Below, in pieces: positions 10,290-20,053 of a stretch of 64,000 nucleotides of DNA. The stretch's first letter is position 1, and each line of letters starts with the position of its first letter. Both the position numbers and the translations under genes were made by a program. The notes beneath the pieces were generated by a model. It searched no databases. It saw only the letters and a list, made by a program, of their open reading frames with translations, and was not told where the DNA came from. Origin of the DNA: Nitrosopumilus sp. (lineage in GTDB: Archaea > Thermoproteota > Nitrososphaeria > Nitrososphaerales > Nitrosopumilaceae); assembly GCA_965249555.1 (NCBI GenBank), contig OZ252243.1, positions 1,920,001 to 1,984,000 of the forward strand, in the 5' to 3' direction.

Positions 10290-11018
10290 GGCACCTTGTT
10301 ATAATAAAATTGATAATGACTTGCGGTATGCCTCAAAATAATAAAGCAGTTTATGGCAATTTGCTATCTTACAAAGTATACGTGATGCCTGCAGCCCACA
10401 AATTGTACAGTTACACCAATAAAACAAAATCAAAGCACCAAAAAAGGTTCTATTAGATTTACGGGATCTATCCAAACTGCTGCAAACTTGAGGCTCTGGT
10501 CAATCTACATTTAATCCAATTAAATGAAAGTCTTTATGAGTGGGACAGGTAGTATGTTCCCATCTCTGAAGTGGATTTTTTGTTTGTGCAACATTTGTGA
10601 TAAAGTGTTGTAATCTCCATTTACCAAGTTCTGATATGCCTTCTTTTTCTTTTAAAAAATCATTCTCATACTTTATACTAATCCAAAATAATTTTTTAAT
10701 TCCTTAAATTTTCATTATGCCTTGTAAAATTGTAAGAGGTATAGTTTTGGATTTTAGAGATTGCTCAACTCTTTTTGTATGCTCATCCTTCCATTCTGGT
10801 GCATAACCTAATTTTGTATCCATCTTTTTGATCATCTATTATTACCTCCATTAAGCTATACATTAGTAGATTAAAAAGAATTCGACTCTTGGCACTGTTA
10901 AGTTGACGGGTGCCGTCAGCAAACACCAATGCCAAGAATGATTGGTACAGATATGATGGGAAAATTATTAAGAAATATGAAAAATGTAGATCTCTCAAAG
11001 TCTGAATGAGAATAATGT

Positions 11019-14000
11019 CTAAAATTTATCCAGTCCTTTTTCTCCAAGAGACTCGTCAAATTTTTCAGGAGTGATAAACATTGCACCCACTAGCTTTAGT
11101 TCAGGTTCCTGTCTCTGTCCTTCCTCTCTGGCCTTGACGGGGGTTGTCTCTTCCTGTATTCCTATAAATCCACCCAATTTTTTTATTCCAGTTATCAGAC
11201 TCGTCATATCTTGACTTCGTTGATATTCTGAAAGTAACGAGTTCAAATCATCAGGCCACTGTCGCAGATATTCTGACTGTATAATGTTGATTGTCTCTTT
11301 GCCCTCATCTTTGATAATTTTCCCTTCTAATATTGCATCCAACACAACCTTGCATACAGCATCAACATTTCTGTCATGCTTTTGGCGTTTTGTACTGTTA
11401 CTATTTTTGGCATCTAATGACACTGTATCATTTTTTTTCTTTATTGCCTCTCGTGCCTTTTTATCTATTTTTAATAACAGTTCAAATGATTTTTGATTAT
11501 CTTCACCATCCATTGGAAGATGAGTAAAAGTATCTTTCATGCAGGAAGCAAGACGTATTACTTCAGAATCATCATCAGGCACCGCTGCCTTGTCTGTCTT
11601 GAAATCATAACGTACAAAATATACACGCCATTCTGGTTTTTCTTGCAGGTATGCCAGAACCGTCTTTTGACTTTCTCCTTTCTTACCGCTACGTCTTCCT
11701 ATTGGAATATCTTGAACCGTCTCCATTCCCTTTTCCTTGATGAACCGTCCAAGCTCATTAATTGGCGATAATGCCGGCATTACATCGGATTCTTTTTCCA
11801 TTTTTTGGATTAGTTCATCAGAGCCATCCTTACCTGCAAGTACCTTGATTCTCTGCATGGCACCATTGAACTGTTTTGGGGTGGGGGCTTCTCCCAATAT
11901 CTCTGAATCTCCTCCAATTACCTCATCTACAACATGTATCTTGTCTAACAATTTTCCCATCAATCTCAAAATATCATCCAGTTCCTTGTCCGGATAACAT
12001 GCTCTTGTATGAATCACATCATATGTGCTAGTAAGTCTGTCAATTCTGCCTGTTCTCTGGACAATTCTCATCGGATTCCAGGGAAGATCATAGTTAATCA
12101 CATAGTTGCAGTCTTGAAGATTCTGTCCTTCTGCCAAGACCTCAGTTGATATCAGTATGTCTATCTCTTTTTCTTCCAGTGTGTCACCTTCTGGCAGATT
12201 TGCTTTGGGCGAGAATCGTCGGATATACTTTATTCTTGTATCCTGGTTTGTGTTTCCGGTAATGATTTGGATAACATTGTTTGGGAATTTTTCTTCTAGT
12301 TTTTTTGTAATGTATCTGGCAGTTGCAGTATATTCTGTAAATATCAAGAGTTTTTTGCTCTCATTTTCCAATACTTTTTCCCTTAGGATTGTTTTTGTAA
12401 CCTCGTCAATCTTTGTGTCAACTGTTATCTTTTTGACCTCCTCTAGTAGGTTTTCCAATATTTCCAAATCTTTTTGCATGTCTTGTTTTAGAGTTTCAAT
12501 ATCGTAATTTCTGCTAATCTTTTCTTTTGGGATATCTTCAATTTCTTTGAGGAAAAACTTCATCTTTTCATCCTCATCTGTATCCGTACTTGGATCCTCA
12601 CCGGATTCTGCAGAACTCCATTTTGCAATTATCTTGTTAAAGTCTCCAACTCGTAGGATTTTTCCCTCATCAAACACTTTTTTGATATATGTGTAGAGAT
12701 TCACTTTGTTCTCAATGCTTATTCTTACTGCCTCTACGCTGCTCTCAAATCTTTTTAATAATAATATGACTTGAAGATGTCCTACTGCCCTGTACTTGTT
12801 TCTCTCTTCTTCAGTTAGGCTTGTGTCATACTTGTCTATTCCATATGGTGCCATTGTTAATCTGCCAATATCATCTAATATCTTTTGAAAAATATTTCCA
12901 AACAATTCAGAAAGACTATACTCTATCGAAGAATATTGATGATCTGGAAACTTTATTTTTTTACCCTCTATCTTGTCATCCTTATACACGTCTTTGATGT
13001 ATGACCTAGTACGCCTAACCATCACCATATCTAGTAATTGCTCTATCTTTTCTAATCCCTGTGCAAGATCCTTGTTTGTCGCATCCCTCATGTGTTTGTA
13101 CAGGTCTGGTATTCCAATTTGACGAGAAAAGTAATCATCATTTCCGCCTGTAATTATTGATAATTGATAGTACAAATCCATCAGAGAGTTGTTAATTGGT
13201 GTCGCAGTTAGTAATATTGCCTGCTTTCTTTTTCCAACACTCATTAATTTCATCAGATTCTTTCTCCTGTTTGCACTCTTTGTTCGAAAGTTTTGGGACT
13301 CGTCAATTAGTACCAGATCAATATTTTTATATTTACCAAGTGTCTCTATAATCTCTTCTCTGCCAAGTGACTCCATTGTCAGCATTTCCCGGACATTGAT
13401 GTCCACTTCTTTTAGTTTCTCCTTCCACATGCTGTTTAAAACCTGGGATGGTGCAATGAGCAGAACCTTTTTACCCTCTTTTAGTATTTTTTGCCGTACC
13501 ATCTCTATTCCGATATTGGTCTTGCCAAGTCCTGTTGCATCTGCAATTATAACCCCGCCAAATTCTGATACAATGAACAGTCCTGCCTGTACTGCATCAT
13601 GCTGAAATTTTGTTAGCACCTTGTTGCTTTTTGTATCCTGTTCAACTTTTTCAAGCAACGGCCTGAACCGCTCAAAGAGCATCTTCATGTAAATCGGGTA
13701 TGGTTCGGATGGAGTGCCAAACTTTGACTGCCTTAGGACATCGATTAATTCCTGTTTTTTATCATCTGCATTATCCCACATTCTATCAAACCATTCCCGG
13801 GTAGCCTCTGTGACTCCTGGCTGATACAGTCCTGCATTTAGCTCATAATTCTGGGTCATTCCGCCTGCTGTAAAGTTACTAGAGCCGATAAAGACCGAGT
13901 TCTCTCCAAATATGTAGCATTTGGAGTGATTGAACCTGTTTCCACCAATACGGACCTTGATGTTTTCTTTCTCCAACAAATTGATCAAGGCAGTTGTATC

Positions 14001-14327
14001 GTCTTTATGCTCTACTGTAAGATCAGTATCATCAAGACTTGTCTTTAGTGATTTCATTTTGATAAATTCTTCATGCTGTTTTACTAATTTTTCAAAAGAG
14101 CCTTCCATAGGCAATATTGCATCCTTGCCAAGCAGCAATCTCAACTCAAATGACGGGTCTTTTGCTGCCTTGTCTAGTTCCTCACGAAGCATGCCATACC
14201 CTCGCACATCAAAGTATCCAGTTGAGATATCCAACTGTTTGACAAGTGGAATTTCTGAATTGAGAATTTTCTGCATGGTGATATCTTTCGAGTTATCGAT
14301 GATGTCTTTTTTAATTCTCTTGCCCAT
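11019..14327 (-). CDS. PLD-nuclease / SNF2-type SF2 helicase fusion
   Basis: N-terminal HSKCYIF...GSSNFT (PLD HxK), ADATGLGKT, DESQ, TATPINN, EGQNLQ, QRTGRIDR. Confidence 0.9.
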   Translation of the reverse strand: MGKRIKKDIIDNSKDITMQKILNSEIPLVKQLDISTGYFDVRGYGMLREELDKAAKDPSFELRLLLGKDAILPMEGSFEKLVKQHEEFIKMKSLKTSLDDTDLTVEHKDDTTALINLLEKENIKVRIGGNRFNHSKCYIFGENSVFIGSSNFTAGGMTQNYELNAGLYQPGVTEATREWFDRMWDNADDKKQELIDVLRQSKFGTPSEPYPIYMKMLFERFRPLLEKVEQDTKSNKVLTKFQHDAVQAGLFIVSEFGGVIIADATGLGKTNIGIEMVRQKILKEGKKVLLIAPSQVLNSMWKEKLKEVDINVREMLTMESLGREEIIETLGKYKNIDLVLIDESQNFRTKSANRRKNLMKLMSVGKRKQAILLTATPINNSLMDLYYQLSIITGGNDDYFSRQIGIPDLYKHMRDATNKDLAQGLEKIEQLLDMVMVRRTRSYIKDVYKDDKIEGKKIKFPDHQYSSIEYSLSELFGNIFQKILDDIGRLTMAPYGIDKYDTSLTEEERNKYRAVGHLQVILLLKRFESSVEAVRISIENKVNLYTYIKKVFDEGKILRVGDFNKIIAKWSSAESGEDPSTDTDEDEKMKFFLKEIEDIPKEKISRNYDIETLKQDMQKDLEILENLLEEVKKITVDTKIDEVTKTILREKVLENESKKLLIFTEYTATARYITKKLEEKFPNNVIQIITGNTNQDTRIKYIRRFSPKANLPEGDTLEEKEIDILISTEVLAEGQNLQDCNYVINYDLPWNPMRIVQRTGRIDRLTSTYDVIHTRACYPDKELDDILRLMGKLLDKIHVVDEVIGGDSEILGEAPTPKQFNGAMQRIKVLAGKDGSDELIQKMEKESDVMPALSPINELGRFIKEKGMETVQDIPIGRRSGKKGESQKTVLAYLQEKPEWRVYFVRYDFKTDKAAVPDDDSEVIRLASCMKDTFTHLPMDGEDNQKSFELLLKIDKKAREAIKKKNDTVSLDAKNSNSTKRQKHDRNVDAVCKVVLDAILEGKIIKDEGKETINIIQSEYLRQWPDDLNSLLSEYQRSQDMTSLITGIKKLGGFIGIQEETTPVKAREEGQRQEPELKLVGAMFITPEKFDESLGEKGLDKF

Positions 14328-17300
14328 TTTGTTTCTCCTCTGGTTTTTGTTTTAGTGTTGATATGTCGGAATTAAGATCATAATATTTCATAACCCGTTT
14401 GTACACCTCACCATAAAATCTTCGCATATGTTCATTTCTATCTGAATCTGATAGTTTTGTATAGTTTACATTATTGGATAGTTCGTCTTCTGAAAAGGAA
14501 TTTTTATCGGATTTAAAATTTTGTAATATACTTTCATATTCACTTTGTGTTAATCCGTATTGTAGTGCCGATAATGCATCAATTTCGGATGTTATTTCTA
14601 TACGGTTAATCAATTGCAAATTCTCAACATCTTTCTTAGAAATAGAAAACACATCGGCCATATCTTCATGCCATGTTTCAGAAAGTGTGAGCATTGCACT
14701 TAATTTGGATATTTTCTTAGCTATATCACTTGTAAAATTTTCTGGTACTGGTGTATCATACAAATGATATGTCTCAACATGTTTGTCAATTTTGAGTCTT
14801 ATAATAAAATCAAATGTGGTAGAATTGAATATTCCGCATAGATATGCATTGAGTTTATGATAATCAGAAGAAATTTCAAACATACCAATACGTGGTATTG
14901 CCATATAGGTGGCTATTGTTGTAAATACGGATTGTGGTATGATACATGAGATCATTGTCCGTGTATTGCTAGTTCCGCTAACGTTTCTATACACAAGTCG
15001 TGGATTGTCGTGGATTTCTTTACTCTGACTATTAAATTTTGCAATAGTTTTAACTCGTGTTAATGTTTTTTTAACGTCTGCACGATATTGCGGTGTAGAA
15101 TAATTATGAATATGTTGATGAAAGTTTTTTGATTGAAATACTGGCCAACCTCCTTCTTTAATGAGTAATTTCCTATCTTTTTTCTCTCCCATGTTTAATT
15201 CTCTACCTAAATCGACTTGCCAAATTTTCATGTCTTCGAGCCTAGGATGTAATGCATATAATTTCTGCATTATTTCATAATCTTTTTGATTTTTGACTTC
15301 ATAAATCAATGACATTTTTGGGGATAATTCATTAATCTTCTTTTTAGATAAAACTAATGATTTATTTTCCAAATTGTCCAATTCATCTAAAGTTTGCAGA
15401 TAAAAGGCAGCAGGAAATTTATCAGAACCTTTAGAATTTTGAACACTTAAGAGAGCAAATCTATAAGCAGAATGAATTGGAAAAATCTTTTTTCTATTTT
15501 CAAAAATACAAAGTGATTTTATGTTCTTTGTTAGAAAATGTTTTCTTAATGCAGTAGCCCCTCTTGAATTTGCTATTGCAGATGGCATCACCATTGAAAA
15601 CATTCCACCGGGTGCCAATACCTGTAATGAACGTTCAATAATTATTCGATACAAATCAAAATCAGTGTTCTCACCCAAACCCCCATGGTTTTTATAAAAT
15701 TCTCTTTTATCATCAAAACCTTTTTTGTATTTTTTATATTCTTCATCATATTTTTTTCGTGTTTTTTCCTTATCTTTGGTAGATTTGTCCCTGTATTCGA
15801 AATCTAAATTCCCAAAAAATTCATTGTTATTGGGTCTTACTTTATCCCAAGGGGGGTTCCCAATTATCAAATCAAACCCTCGTCTTGAATCAGTAAATGC
15901 ATCCATCATTGCTAATTCCCATTGGAAAAATCTATAGGTATTAGATTTGTTACGAATGTTTTGAATTGTTAACTTTTCGTCTTGATTCATATCTGCTCCT
16001 AAAACCACATCAGAGATTCGTTTAAGATAAGCTGGAATATTTTTTTGTGCTTTTTTTGGTATAATATCATTATCCATTTTTAATGCAGTTATTGTGTCGA
16101 GCATCATTTTGTGTGGTCTAATTTGTTTCATGTATTCGGCATAGGCGTTTTTACTATCTTGTACTTGACCTACCGTAATATCTGAATTATGCCCCACAAG
16201 AGTGATAAATTTGGAAGATTTTTCAGGATCTTCAATCCAATTATCAAGACTTTGTTCTGTGGGATTTTTTAATTCATCAAGACGTACTCCTATTGTGGAA
16301 TCTCCATTTTTGATATGATGATCCATGTATGTTAATGGAACACCTATTGCAAAGGAATCAAGCCATAAGGATAACTTTGCCAGATTTACTGCCATTGGGT
16401 TGAGGTCAACTCCAAATATACATCGCTTCATTATTTTGCGTTTTAATAATACGTCATGAGTGAGAAGATTTTCATCTATTGTGATTTTATTTTTCTTTTG
16501 CTCTGCAAGTATTGTCATTCTATCTGATTCAATCTCTTCTAATAATGGATGCCCAGGGTATGTCTTGAGTATATCAGTTGCCCACATGGTAATTCTATTC
16601 AAAGATTCTACAAGAAAATGCCCACTTCCCATTGATGGGTCTAATACCTGTATGTCAAGTATTCGATCCATACATGTTTTCAAATCTTTTTCATTCTTAC
16701 TTTTTTTATATTGTTTCACATCTTCTGCAATTAATTTTTCACGTTCATCAAATATGGGATTCAATCCCTGGTTTACTAGAAATGTTACAATCTCATCTGG
16801 GGTGTAAAAGCTGGCTGAGGTCTTTCGTGATACAATGCCCCCTTTTGATGCAAGATACAGGTCATTTTTCTTGTAAGAGTACGTTGCATCCTTTTGCGTT
16901 TTTATCTCTCTTACTCCCTTTGAATCTTCAAGTAGCATGATGTCTTTTTCAGTCTGACGTGGACTGAATTCCATCAAGGTCTCAAAGATGTTCCCTAAAT
17001 GTCTGACACTAAAATCTGCATAATCTATTGCCCCTCCATCATCTTCCAAAAGACCATAAAGTGCATTTACAATAAACTTGTTCCCAATTGATATGTCGTC
17101 AATAGATGGGTCTTTTTTAAACAAATCCCCGTTGTATTGTGGAAGATTGTGTTTCTGGCTTCCGTTTCTTATTCCATCAAACAGAACAAGTAGAGCCTTC
17201 CAACACTCATCATCAGTATTTTTTTCAAAAGAATCAAGATGGTTCCGAATTGATTGCAGTGATATTGGCTTGTATTTTGCATCTCTAGTGGGTAAAAGAT

Positions 17301-18378
17301 TTCTAGATTCAGCATATGCCAAGAACCATATGCGGTACATTATTTTCAGAGAGGTCTGTTTTGCTGATTCCAATTCCTCACTTGTAAATGTCTTTTTCAT
17401 GTCATGCTCAAGAACACCCTTTACAATATCCAAGAACAGTCCATCCGGACTCATTATATTATCTGAAAGATTTTCCTCTATCTCTTTGGCATAGTTTTTG
17501 CCCTCTTCAAAGAATGAATCAATATCCCTTTTCTCACCTATTTTTTCAAATGATGCCGCACCAAACAACATTATGAGATATTTTGTAATACTGTCCTGTG
17601 CAGAGTCTAGTGATATCTCAAAATAATTAGTACTCGATGCGGAAATTTTGGCAGAATAAAGTCTCCATTTTTTGCCATTAGTAAGTATTGCCCACTGTGA
17701 TTCACGTAATGTGGCAACTGCAATATAGCTTGGGGCGACCTCTGTTTCATTTTTTCTAATGCTGAGATTGTCCTGATCTGTAACAGTTATGGATACTGTT
17801 TTGTCAAAATATGGACCAGAATTTGAAATATCCCAACCCAATTCAAAAAGCAGTTGTTCTGTATCTCCTATCTTTTCTTTTGCATTCCCTAGTTTGTCGT
17901 CAACATTTTGTCGTGTGTCTGTAAATATTCTGTTACGTAGATAGTGGGTAGAAAATAATCCCCTGTTTACAAAATCTCCTGTGGCATTTGATATTTTGTC
18001 AATTAATGTTCGGATTGCAAGCTGTAGATCAATATCATCCTGTGCGCTTTCCATGTTTGTTGATTTTAAAATGTTCGTAACACGTTGATATTCTGAATCA
18101 TTTTCCAAAGATATAGTGTAACTTTGATCTAATGATTTGAAAAATAAGATATTTTTTTCTTTTAAAAATATAATACATGTGTTGAAATTTTTTGTCTGTT
18201 TTTTTACTTCTCGAACATTTTTTGGTCCGCTTTCAACAAATATGATCGGAACTTTTTTTGACGGATTTAGATGATTAAGACTGTAGCAAAGCCATTCTTT
18301 GTGAAGTGGTGGTTGTATCTCTCGTTTGGTATCAAGACTGACTCCCATTGAGGCAAATAATGTCTCTTGTGAAGACAA
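14311..18378 (-). CDS. Type IIG / Eco57I-like adenine DNA methyltransferase with C-terminal target-recognition region
   Basis: PQYNGDLF, FYTP, motif I VLDPSMGSGHFL, motif IV GNPPW; WAILTNGKKWRLY in an REase-like N-terminus. Confidence 0.9.
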   Translation of the reverse strand: MSSQETLFASMGVSLDTKREIQPPLHKEWLCYSLNHLNPSKKVPIIFVESGPKNVREVKKQTKNFNTCIIFLKEKNILFFKSLDQSYTISLENDSEYQRVTNILKSTNMESAQDDIDLQLAIRTLIDKISNATGDFVNRGLFSTHYLRNRIFTDTRQNVDDKLGNAKEKIGDTEQLLFELGWDISNSGPYFDKTVSITVTDQDNLSIRKNETEVAPSYIAVATLRESQWAILTNGKKWRLYSAKISASSTNYFEISLDSAQDSITKYLIMLFGAASFEKIGEKRDIDSFFEEGKNYAKEIEENLSDNIMSPDGLFLDIVKGVLEHDMKKTFTSEELESAKQTSLKIMYRIWFLAYAESRNLLPTRDAKYKPISLQSIRNHLDSFEKNTDDECWKALLVLFDGIRNGSQKHNLPQYNGDLFKKDPSIDDISIGNKFIVNALYGLLEDDGGAIDYADFSVRHLGNIFETLMEFSPRQTEKDIMLLEDSKGVREIKTQKDATYSYKKNDLYLASKGGIVSRKTSASFYTPDEIVTFLVNQGLNPIFDEREKLIAEDVKQYKKSKNEKDLKTCMDRILDIQVLDPSMGSGHFLVESLNRITMWATDILKTYPGHPLLEEIESDRMTILAEQKKNKITIDENLLTHDVLLKRKIMKRCIFGVDLNPMAVNLAKLSLWLDSFAIGVPLTYMDHHIKNGDSTIGVRLDELKNPTEQSLDNWIEDPEKSSKFITLVGHNSDITVGQVQDSKNAYAEYMKQIRPHKMMLDTITALKMDNDIIPKKAQKNIPAYLKRISDVVLGADMNQDEKLTIQNIRNKSNTYRFFQWELAMMDAFTDSRRGFDLIIGNPPWDKVRPNNNEFFGNLDFEYRDKSTKDKEKTRKKYDEEYKKYKKGFDDKREFYKNHGGLGENTDFDLYRIIIERSLQVLAPGGMFSMVMPSAIANSRGATALRKHFLTKNIKSLCIFENRKKIFPIHSAYRFALLSVQNSKGSDKFPAAFYLQTLDELDNLENKSLVLSKKKINELSPKMSLIYEVKNQKDYEIMQKLYALHPRLEDMKIWQVDLGRELNMGEKKDRKLLIKEGGWPVFQSKNFHQHIHNYSTPQYRADVKKTLTRVKTIAKFNSQSKEIHDNPRLVYRNVSGTSNTRTMISCIIPQSVFTTIATYMAIPRIGMFEISSDYHKLNAYLCGIFNSTTFDFIIRLKIDKHVETYHLYDTPVPENFTSDIAKKISKLSAMLTLSETWHEDMADVFSISKKDVENLQLINRIEITSEIDALSALQYGLTQSEYESILQNFKSDKNSFSEDELSNNVNYTKLSDSDRNEHMRRFYGEVYKRVMKYYDLNSDISTLKQKPEEKQNGQEN

Positions 18379-18411
18379 TTAGAGGTCTCCAACTTTGAGC
18401 AGATTTCGGTG

Positions 18412-18470
18412 ATTGGAAGAAGGAATTGGAAGAAGGAATTGGAAGAAGGAATTGGAAGAAGGAATTGGAA
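18412..18470. repeat. 13-bp tandem repeat (ATTGGAAGAAGGA) x4 plus partial
   Basis: Perfect units at 18412, 18425, 18438, 18451, partial at 18464. Confidence 0.95.
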
Positions 18471-18806
18471 TTGAGTGTCAGTCATGCAATGGGGGCTTAA
18501 GTTAGCCGATATTTTAATCCCATGGAATCAAATATGATGTATGATTTCCATACATGAATAATTCAAATTTTCCTCTGTTCATCCTTTACCCTCTTCATCT
18601 TCTGTATCATCTCATCCCTCTTACTTTTTAAAAGACTGTATTCGTATTGTAATGCGGTTTTTTTGGACTTTGCAGACACCTCAGGACCTCAATATTTCTG
18701 TACAGTCTTGCCATTTTCAAAATATTCAAAGTAGGTGTATTTTTTCCCGTATTTTCTTAGATTATACCTACCATGTTAATTTAAAAAATACATATCTTAT
18801 AACATG

Positions 18807-19319
18807 TTATTTTATTCCTATCGGGGCTTGACTTGCAAATGTCACCTTCTTTTCAAATGGGGTCTTGCCAAAACGAATCCATGATCGAACATTGGAATTA
18901 AAGAACCATGTAAAGCCAATGGATGTAAGAATATTGCAGATATCCCTCCATTGTTCTGATTCAAGCCATCCCTTGGGTTCCACTTTTATGACATCACCAC
19001 TAGCAAAGACAGATACACAATCGTTGTAATTTCCAAGTTTCTGGGTTATCTTTCTATTCTCTGAGACATTCTTGCTTGCAGCCATTGGGATTAATGTGTG
19101 ATATTTTCCAGCAGAGACATCGTCTGTGATTGGTTTTAGCGTATCTACATACATCTTTATGATTTTAGAAAATTTTTGAACCCAGATAATAATCGTATTG
19201 TGTGGAATTGGAATATTGTGAGAGAAATTTATGTGATCTGAGGCTTTGCGATATGACATGCCAGACATTACCATGTTAAGGGAAGATGTAATTATTTCTG
19301 GCGTATATTGTCTTCTCAA
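18807..19319 (-). pseudogene. IS6-family transposase fragment (HTH part, DDE core missing) fused to unrelated C-terminus
   Basis: YTPEIITSSL...GMSYRKASDH...HNTIIIWVQKF resembles IS6/IS240 N-terminal HTH; no DDE core follows. Confidence 0.7.
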
Positions 19320-19322
19320 AAC

Positions 19323-19685
19323 CTATCTCAGTTGAGACAAATCTTCTGTTGCACGACTTGCACTTGTTTTGATGATTTCTTGCCTGCCTTTGTGTACTTT
19401 GTGGTTCCTCAGTTGATACAGGCAATCACATGCTGTATTGGTTCTTGAGGAACCAGGCACCACCTGTTTTGGAATAGTTGGGACGATAATTTTGTATTGT
19501 TTTATGACCTCAAGTATGTGATCACATAATTTATCATCAGAGCCTACTCTGATGGCATCAAGAAATTCTTTACATGTGCATGTCCATGAATTAGGATTCT
19601 TTCTATTTCTTTCTGCAACATATGATTTGTGTAAATAGTTTGATGTGACAATGAATCTAGGGGTTTTTTCAGGGGGGTCGGGCAA
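19323..19685 (-). pseudogene. SWIM zinc-finger N-terminal transposase fragment
   Basis: WTCTCKEF...LCDHI (CxC...CxH), directly inside the terminal repeat. Confidence 0.65.
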
Positions 19686-20053
19686 TTCGAATAAGATCCA
19701 TATTTGAGACTTTTGAGCATTAACTATGTCAGATCACCTAGATTGACCAGAGCCGTGTTGGTTCATCCTCAAAGAGTAAATAACCAATCTATTTTTAGTT
19801 TATTTTCTTTTTTGTATTTTTCATAATTCAATCATACCTAATTCCCTTTTGTATTATTTAGTATGATCTAGATGTGGTTACATTTCACAAATAACAATCA
19901 CAGTAATAATACATATTATTTATGATAAATTTGACATATAGTAATTAAGATAATATTATTGAAATTTTGTTATTTAGTTTAATCTCCAATAGTGAGTTAA
20001 TAGCCTCAAACTCCTAGTATTCATTTTAATACGAATCTGTTTTTTCAGAATAT

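Larger units (their letters stand above)
10492..19754 (-). mobile_element. IS6-like transposon-type unit carrying a defence cassette
   Basis: Perfect 16-bp inverted repeats GGCTCTGGTCAATCTA at 10492-10507 and 19739-19754; transposase fragments just inside the 19754 end; no target duplication seen. Confidence 0.7.

Noticed and set aside
10891-10904. GGCACTGTT as an IS26-like terminal repeat
   Set aside because: Short match with no partner end found; it is better explained as part of a hairpin
11284-17576. Many plus-strand ORFs opposite the helicase and MTase (and similar ones opposite thrS, res, pyrG, trp)
   Set aside because: Antisense shadows of long genes with Ser/Phe/Ile-rich composition and no motifs
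18378-18485. VNTR as an in-frame N-terminal extension of the MTase
   Set aside because: An in-frame TAA directly precedes the TTG start, so no repeat number fuses the frames
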